Source: Gammaproteobacteria bacterium Ga0077536
Lineage (GTDB): Bacteria; Pseudomonadota; Gammaproteobacteria; Ga0077536
Length of the DNA: 64,000 nucleotides
Direction: 5' to 3'
Assembly: GCA_001464935.1 (NCBI GenBank)
Contig: LNEL01000046.1
Location: forward strand, 3,590-67,589
In this document: positions 57,378 through 64,000 of the stretch, in pieces
Layout of the letters: each line of letters opens with the position of its first letter
Numbering within the stretch: position 1 is the stretch's first letter
The notes under the pieces: model-generated
The model's input: only the letters and a program-made list of their open reading frames with translations
Told to the model about the DNA's origin: nothing
Databases searched by the model: none
Position numbers and translations under genes: made by a program

Positions 57378-57625
57378 CGCTGGTCTCTCCGCTGCACCGG
57401 GCTTCATCGTAACGGTTCGGGCAGCGGGCGGACATCATGCGATCACGGGCAGCGCTGTCAGAGAAACATGCTGCATGTGCAACATCAGCGCGGTGTTGGC
57501 GCGCGTTCGGGTAAGCGAGGGATTCGTGTCGCCCATGTCGATGCATACAGTCGCGCAGCGATGACCCGTTGGCTGAAGTCGTGTGTCGCGTGGGGGGCCG
57601 GGGATGATCGTCGTGGCCGTCGCAA

Positions 57626-57658
57626 TCCTGGATTGCGCTGCGCTTCATCCGGGCGACG
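57626..57658. repeat. REP family A single copy
   Basis: TCCTGGATTGCGCTGCGCTTCATCCGGGCGACG. Confidence 0.7.
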
Positions 57659-57742
57659 AGCGGGTGACACGCTGCCATTGCTCGCCGGGCTGTCGTCTCG
57701 ACAGGTGCTGCCCGCAGGGCGGAAGCTGCCTCGAGTGGGCGC

Positions 57743-58801
57743 TCAGTCCGACCCGCGCGCGCGTGCGCCGCTGGCAAGCGTCTGCAGCAGGGTCTCGGTC
57801 TGCGCCCAGCCGATGCACGCGTCCGTGATGCTCATGCCGTAAGTCAGCGCCTGTCCCGGTTTCGCATCCTGGCGGCCGGCTTCGATGAAGCTTTCGATCA
57901 TCACGCCGGAGATGCGGCGATCGCCGGCGGCGATCTGGTTCGCGATGTCCTGGCCGACGTCGAGCTGCTTCGCGTGCTGCTTGCTGCTGTTGCCGTGGCT
58001 GAGGTCGACGATGATCGCGGGCTTGAGGCCGGCTTTCGACATGCGCGACGCGGCGTCCTCGATCGCGGCGGCCTCGTAGTTCGGCTGTTTGCCACCGCGC
58101 AGGATCACATGGCAGTCCGGATTGCCGGCGGTGGCGATCACGGCGACGCCGCCGGCTTTCGTCACGCCGAGGAAATGATGCGGGTGGCTCGCGGCCTGCA
58201 CGGCGTCGACCGCCACCTGCACGCTGCCCTCGGTGCCGTTCTTGAAACCGATCGGACACGACAGGCCGCTGGCGAGTTCGCGATGCACCTGGCTCTCGGT
58301 CGTGCGCGCGCCGATGGCGCCCCACGCCACGAGATCGGCGATGTACTGCGGGCTTATCGGATCGAGGAATTCGGTGCCGACCGGCATGCCGAGTTCATTC
58401 AGGGCGAGCAACAATCGGCGCGCGATGTGCAGGCCGTCGTTGATGCGAAAGCTGTTGTCGAGGCCGGGATCGTTGACGAGCCCCTTCCAGCCGACAGTCG
58501 TGCGCGGCTTCTCGAAATACGTGCGCATCACGATGTAGAGGCCGTCGGCGACCTGTGGCGCGAAGTCGCGCAGGCGTTGTGCGTAGTCGAGCGCGGCGGC
58601 CGGATCATGGACGGAACAGGGGCCGACGACGACCAGCAGGCGCGGATCCTCGCCGGTCAGAATCCGGCGCACCGTCTGGCGCGCGGCCGTGACGGTGTCG
58701 GTGGCACGGTCGCTGATCGGAATGTCGCGCAGCAGGACCGCCGGCGCGATGACCTCGGTGGTGCCGGTGACGCGAATGTCGTCGGTCGATGCGCGATGCA
58801 T
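57743..58801 (-). CDS. aroG: Class I DAHP synthase (AroG/F/H type)
   Basis: GPCSVHD, YFEKPRTTVGWKGL, AIGARTTESQVHRELASGLS.PIGFKNGT, DLSHGNS, SITDACIGW. Confidence 0.93.
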   Translation of the reverse strand: MHRASTDDIRVTGTTEVIAPAVLLRDIPISDRATDTVTAARQTVRRILTGEDPRLLVVVGPCSVHDPAAALDYAQRLRDFAPQVADGLYIVMRTYFEKPRTTVGWKGLVNDPGLDNSFRINDGLHIARRLLLALNELGMPVGTEFLDPISPQYIADLVAWGAIGARTTESQVHRELASGLSCPIGFKNGTEGSVQVAVDAVQAASHPHHFLGVTKAGGVAVIATAGNPDCHVILRGGKQPNYEAAAIEDAASRMSKAGLKPAIIVDLSHGNSSKQHAKQLDVGQDIANQIAAGDRRISGVMIESFIEAGRQDAKPGQALTYGMSITDACIGWAQTETLLQTLASGARARGSD

Positions 58802-58802
58802 G

Positions 58803-59672
58803 TCAGTACGCGAGGCTCCCACCCGGGTTCAGGATGTTGATCACTTCGAACCACTGCGCGTCGACCTGTTCGAGCGCGGCGGGCAGCACGCTGGCGACGA
58901 GCTGGCTCTGCGCCCAAACGGGGTTCGCGATCGCGGGCTCGGGCCGCGGCTCGCGGCGGTCGATCTTGATGCCGGGCTCGACGAGGATCGTGACTTCGCG
59001 CGCGATGTTCAGCAGTGCCGCATCCTGCGGGAAGCCCGTCGCGCTGCCGGGCCGCAGATGGCAGCGCACGGGCTCGACGAGGCTTTCCGGCACGCCCCAG
59101 CTTTCGAGCAGCGCGCCGCTGACGTCGGCATAGGTGAAGCCATAGAGCTTCACTTCGACGTCGGGGCGTCGCTGCGGATCCTGGCGCAGCGTGTCCAGCA
59201 CCTGGCGCGACAGCGCGGGCGCCTTCGCGTACATCACGAGCTGGCCGACCGCGTGCAACAGACCGGCCGCGAACAGGCGCTCCGGTTGAGGCAGGCGCGC
59301 GATGCGGCCGAGCGCGCGGGCCAGCAGCCCGCAGTGGACGCTCGAGTTCCAGAACGCGTCCATGTCGACGAGACTGTGGGGAATGTCCTTGAACGCGGTG
59401 ACCGCGCCGGTGGCGAGCGCGAGCGTGCGCAGCGACTCGGTCCCGCACACGCGCACCGCCATGCCCAGATCGTCGACCGGATTGCGCAACCCGAAGTAGG
59501 CGCTGTTGACGAGTTTGAGCAGCCTGGCTGCGAGCCCCGGATCGTGCGAGATCACCTCGGCCAGATCGGCCGCCGACGCCTTTGGATCGTCCGCCAGCTC
59601 CATCACCCGCAGACACACGCCGGGCAGTGACGCGAGATCGGTGATGTCGGCGACTAGGGATTTGGCATCCAT
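58803..59672 (-). CDS. HDOD domain protein
   Basis: LASLP, DPGLAARLLKLVNSAYFG, FW.SS, F.AGLLH..GQL, LL..W..P. Confidence 0.9.
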   Translation of the reverse strand: MDAKSLVADITDLASLPGVCLRVMELADDPKASAADLAEVISHDPGLAARLLKLVNSAYFGLRNPVDDLGMAVRVCGTESLRTLALATGAVTAFKDIPHSLVDMDAFWNSSVHCGLLARALGRIARLPQPERLFAAGLLHAVGQLVMYAKAPALSRQVLDTLRQDPQRRPDVEVKLYGFTYADVSGALLESWGVPESLVEPVRCHLRPGSATGFPQDAALLNIAREVTILVEPGIKIDRREPRPEPAIANPVWAQSQLVASVLPAALEQVDAQWFEVINILNPGGSLAY

Positions 59673-59822
59673 GGCTGTTCAGTATAGCGGCGGGACGGGA
59701 CAGAAATTTGCCGGTTGAACAGACGCGGGAAGGCGGGCTGCGTGCAGGCCGTCGCTTGCGGTGAAAGGGCCGGTCCGGCGTCCCCCTGGCGAGGACAACG
59801 CTGCGCGAGCATGGCCACTCTC

Positions 59823-60019
59823 AGCCCGGATGAAGCGCAGCGGAATCCGGGATCGGGTGCCTGCACGGCGTGGAACCGCGGCAGCTCGATCCCAGATCAG
59901 GGTGCCGGGGATGAGCGGCCGCGCCTCCGTGATCCCGGATTCCGCTGCGCTTCATCCGGGCTACGGCAGGCTGACCAGCTGCCCCCGGTTTGCGCGCTGC
60001 GCGCTCCACCCGGGCTACA
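59823..60019. repeat. REP family A cluster (doublet plus a third copy)
   Basis: AGCCCGGATGAAGCGCAGCGGAATCCGGGA; TCCCGGATTCCGCTGCGCTTCATCCGGGCTACG; degenerate ...CCACCCGGGCTACA. Confidence 0.82.
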
Positions 60020-60057
60020 CGAGGCGCCGGACAGGCACTTTCACCGCGCGGCGCCCG

Positions 60058-60504
60058 TCACGCCGGCAGGACGCGCTCCCAGATCAATTGCTGCACGAGC
60101 TTCACGCCGTCGCGGCCGCGGATCGGTGGGGTCTTCAGGGTCAACCGGTTACCGTTCAGTTCGAAGTAGCGGACCTGGTCGCCGCCCGGCCAGCTCGGCG
60201 CGTTGGCACCGATGACGCTGTGGGTGACGGTGCCGGCGGCGGCGTCGATGCGGTACCTGCCCCAGTAGCTCGTGTAGCTGAGGAAGGCTTCCTTCACTTC
60301 TTCGGCCGGCACTTCGTCGATGCTGCGCGAGGAGAACAGCGGGCGGTTCGCGGCCATCAGCTGCGCGGACATGTTGCCGGCATCGTCATACATGATTTGC
60401 CCGAGCACCTTGTCGCCGAGTGGTGAGGGCAGGCGCTGCCCGTCGGGGGTCAGCGCGAAGGCGTCGACCAGGTGCCAGGTGCCGGCGAACGAAGGCGTGC
60501 TCAT
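60058..60504 (-). CDS. Lipocalin-like domain protein
   Basis: FAGTWHLV..PLG...GQIMY...GNMSAQLM..SYWGRY..H.V..P.W.G.DQ.R..WER. Confidence 0.85.
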   Translation of the reverse strand: MSTPSFAGTWHLVDAFALTPDGQRLPSPLGDKVLGQIMYDDAGNMSAQLMAANRPLFSSRSIDEVPAEEVKEAFLSYTSYWGRYRIDAAAGTVTHSVIGANAPSWPGGDQVRYFELNGNRLTLKTPPIRGRDGVKLVQQLIWERVLPA

Positions 60505-60513
60505 CAGGATTCC

Positions 60514-61185
60514 TCAGATCTCGAAGCGCAGCGCGCTCGGGCGGCCGGCTTTCACGTTGTCCAGGTGTTCGGCCGCGTTGACCATGTCGCCGAGCGGCAC
60601 GCCGGCGCGCAGGCGCGCGATGAGGTCCGCCTCGCGCGCCGCAATCGTCTCCGCCTGCGGCAATGCGGCGAGCACTTCGGCGGGCGTTGCGACGAGGATG
60701 CCGTCGTCGTCGCCGAACAGAATGTCGCCAGGCGCCACGATCACGCCGCCGCAGGGCACGGGCACCTGCGTCGCGAACCAGCGGCTGATGGTGCCTGCCT
60801 GCGGATTCGTGCCGCGCGCATAGACCGGCAGATCGAGCGTGCGAATGGTGCTGGTGTCGCGAATCAGGCCATCGACGACGATGCCGGCCAGCCCCTTGCG
60901 CGCCGCCTCGAGCGAGAACAGCTCGCCGAGCACGGCGCGCCGGCTGCCCTGGGTGTCGATGACGAGCACATCACCCGGTTCGGCCGCGGCGAGGCCCGCG
61001 ATGACGGTGAGGAAATCCTCGCAGCAGCGGACCGTATGCGCGCGCCCGATCATTTTCAGCCCCGTGCGCACGGGTGTCAGCCCGGCATCGCAGCAACGGA
61101 TGGTCTTGTCGGCGTCGGCCAGGTGGGTGCTGTCGATCGCGGCGAGGCGCCTGGTCAGCGCAGCATAGTCAGGGGAGGTAGTCAT
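60514..61185 (-). CDS. RraA/HMG-aldolase family protein
   Basis: [43 protein letters not shown]. Confidence 0.88.
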   Translation of the reverse strand: MTTSPDYAALTRRLAAIDSTHLADADKTIRCCDAGLTPVRTGLKMIGRAHTVRCCEDFLTVIAGLAAAEPGDVLVIDTQGSRRAVLGELFSLEAARKGLAGIVVDGLIRDTSTIRTLDLPVYARGTNPQAGTISRWFATQVPVPCGGVIVAPGDILFGDDDGILVATPAEVLAALPQAETIAAREADLIARLRAGVPLGDMVNAAEHLDNVKAGRPSALRFEI

Positions 61186-61290
61186 CGCGGCATGATGCCC
61201 GAATTCGGAGGCGGGCCAAAGATGGATGTCCCGACCCGGCGTGTATCGCGGCTGATGGGCCCTGTTCTGGCCACCGAGAACTCGAGAATC

Positions 61291-61327
61291 GGGGACAGAT
61301 TTATTTCTTTAAAATAGATCTGTCCCC
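61291..61327. repeat. AT-rich inverted repeat (terminator-like or RAYT-type end footprint)
   Basis: GGGGACAGATTTATTT-CTTTA-AAATAGATCTGTCCCC immediately after the hemF stop. Confidence 0.65.
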
Positions 61328-61331
61328 AATA

Positions 61332-62939
<1,608 letters not shown>

Positions 62940-62960
62940 GTCCCAGCGGAGTCCGCCCTG

Positions 62961-63608
62961 ATGCAACGCGTGGCCGTCGTCGATTACGGTGGAAGCAACC
63001 TGCGCTCGGTGGTGAAGGCGATCGAGCACGTCGCCGGGCCGAACGACGACGTGCAGGTCTGCGAGCGACCTGAGCAACTGCGCAACGCCGATCGCGTGGT
63101 GTTTCCCGGCCAGGGCGCGATTGGCGACTGCATGAAACATCTGCAGGAACGCGATCTCGTGCAGGCGCTGCGCGAGTGCGTGCAGGTCAAACCGTTCTTC
63201 GGCATCTGCCTCGGCCTGCAGTCGCTGATGACGACCAGCGACGAAGACGGCGGCATGGCCTGCCTCGACGTGTTCCCCGGCCACGTGCGCCGCTTTCCCG
63301 CCGATGCCGGCCCCGCGCCGGACGGCAGCCCGCGCAAGATTCCGCACATGGGCTGGAACGAAGTGCGCTGGACGCGCGAGCACCCGGTGCTCGCCGGCGT
63401 GCCATCCGGTACGCGCTTCTACTTCGTGCACAGTTATTTCGTGGCGCCGGCCGATGCGTCCATCGTGATTGGCGAGACCGACTACATCGCGCCGTTCTGC
63501 TCGGCGCTTGCCAGCGGCTGTGCCTTCGCGACCCAGTTCCATCCGGAGAAGAGCGCGGACGCAGGCCTGCACCTGCTGCGCAATTTTCTGGCCTGGGACG
63601 CGCGCTAG
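62961..63608 (+). CDS. hisH: Imidazole glycerol phosphate synthase glutaminase subunit
   Basis: DYG.SNLRSV, FPGQGA, GICLG.Q, KIPHMGWN, YFVHSY, QFHPEKS. Confidence 0.96.
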   Translation: MQRVAVVDYGGSNLRSVVKAIEHVAGPNDDVQVCERPEQLRNADRVVFPGQGAIGDCMKHLQERDLVQALRECVQVKPFFGICLGLQSLMTTSDEDGGMACLDVFPGHVRRFPADAGPAPDGSPRKIPHMGWNEVRWTREHPVLAGVPSGTRFYFVHSYFVAPADASIVIGETDYIAPFCSALASGCAFATQFHPEKSADAGLHLLRNFLAWDAR

Positions 63609-63638
63609 GCACGCTCCCCGCGTCCACAGGCGCCCGCG

Positions 63639-64000
63639 TCAGGGTCCTGGCCGCGTCGGCGGTCCTTTCAACTCGACCGTATTGCCTTCCGGATCGCGCA
63701 GGTACACCGATGGCCCGTAGCCGTCGGCGCCGTAGCGGATTTCGACCCGAGGCGCCGACAGACCATGCGCGGCGAGGTGAGCCGTGAGGGCGTCGAGGTC
63801 GAACGGGTCGATGCGCAGGCAGAAATGATCGACGTTGCGGGCTTCGGCGCCGGGCGCGGCGCCACCGGCGCGGCCGAGGGTGCCGTCGACGGTGACGAAG
63901 TCGATCAACGCGCTGCCGGCCCGCAACTGGACGAGACCGAACTCCTCGAGCCGGCGCTCCTCACGGCAGCCGAGGACCGTGCAGTAGAACTCGAGCATGC
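63639..64000 (-). CDS. VOC/glyoxalase family protein (N-terminus beyond the window)
   Basis: FY..VLG..LRAGSALID..NVDHFCL..YGADG.GPSVYLRDPEGNTVELKG. Confidence 0.85.
   Translation of the reverse strand, partial: MLEFYCTVLGCREERRLEEFGLVQLRAGSALIDFVTVDGTLGRAGGAAPGAEARNVDHFCLRIDPFDLDALTAHLAAHGLSAPRVEIRYGADGYGPSVYLRDPEGNTVELKGPPTRPGP

Overview
High-GC (roughly 68% by eye) proteobacterial chromosome segment, probably a Gammaproteobacterium (inferred from hemF/hisB/aroG type and VPLPA/PEP-CTERM proteins). It is mostly accessory DNA. Left to right: a giant repeat-rich surface protein coupled to a partial outer-membrane partner; a sigma54-type operon with a toluene-monooxygenase-like soluble diiron monooxygenase (tmoABCDE-like) that has no reductase gene and continues into RidA, M20 amidohydrolase, deacetylase, a small Cys protein and CobW; a PEP-CTERM-tailed amidase; a candidate defence/conflict region (two TIR proteins plus a stand-alone SLOG-like protein, a RAYT transposase, then metacaspase, lipase-lipase-CHAT-TPR and a Lys-rich-leader effector); ECF sigma/NrsF, more PEP-CTERM proteins, a two-component system, a PhyH/Rieske/CoA-ligase operon, aroG, hemF and hisBH. 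Two families of REP/REPIN doublets are scattered throughout. Best candidates for an undescribed system: the metacaspase-CHAT-effector operon (29034-36454), the reductase-less diiron monooxygenase with a polar pocket and amide-hydrolase tail (10517-18119), and the TIR-TIR-SLOG module (22167-25126). All family calls come from motif recognition by eye; no database search was run.
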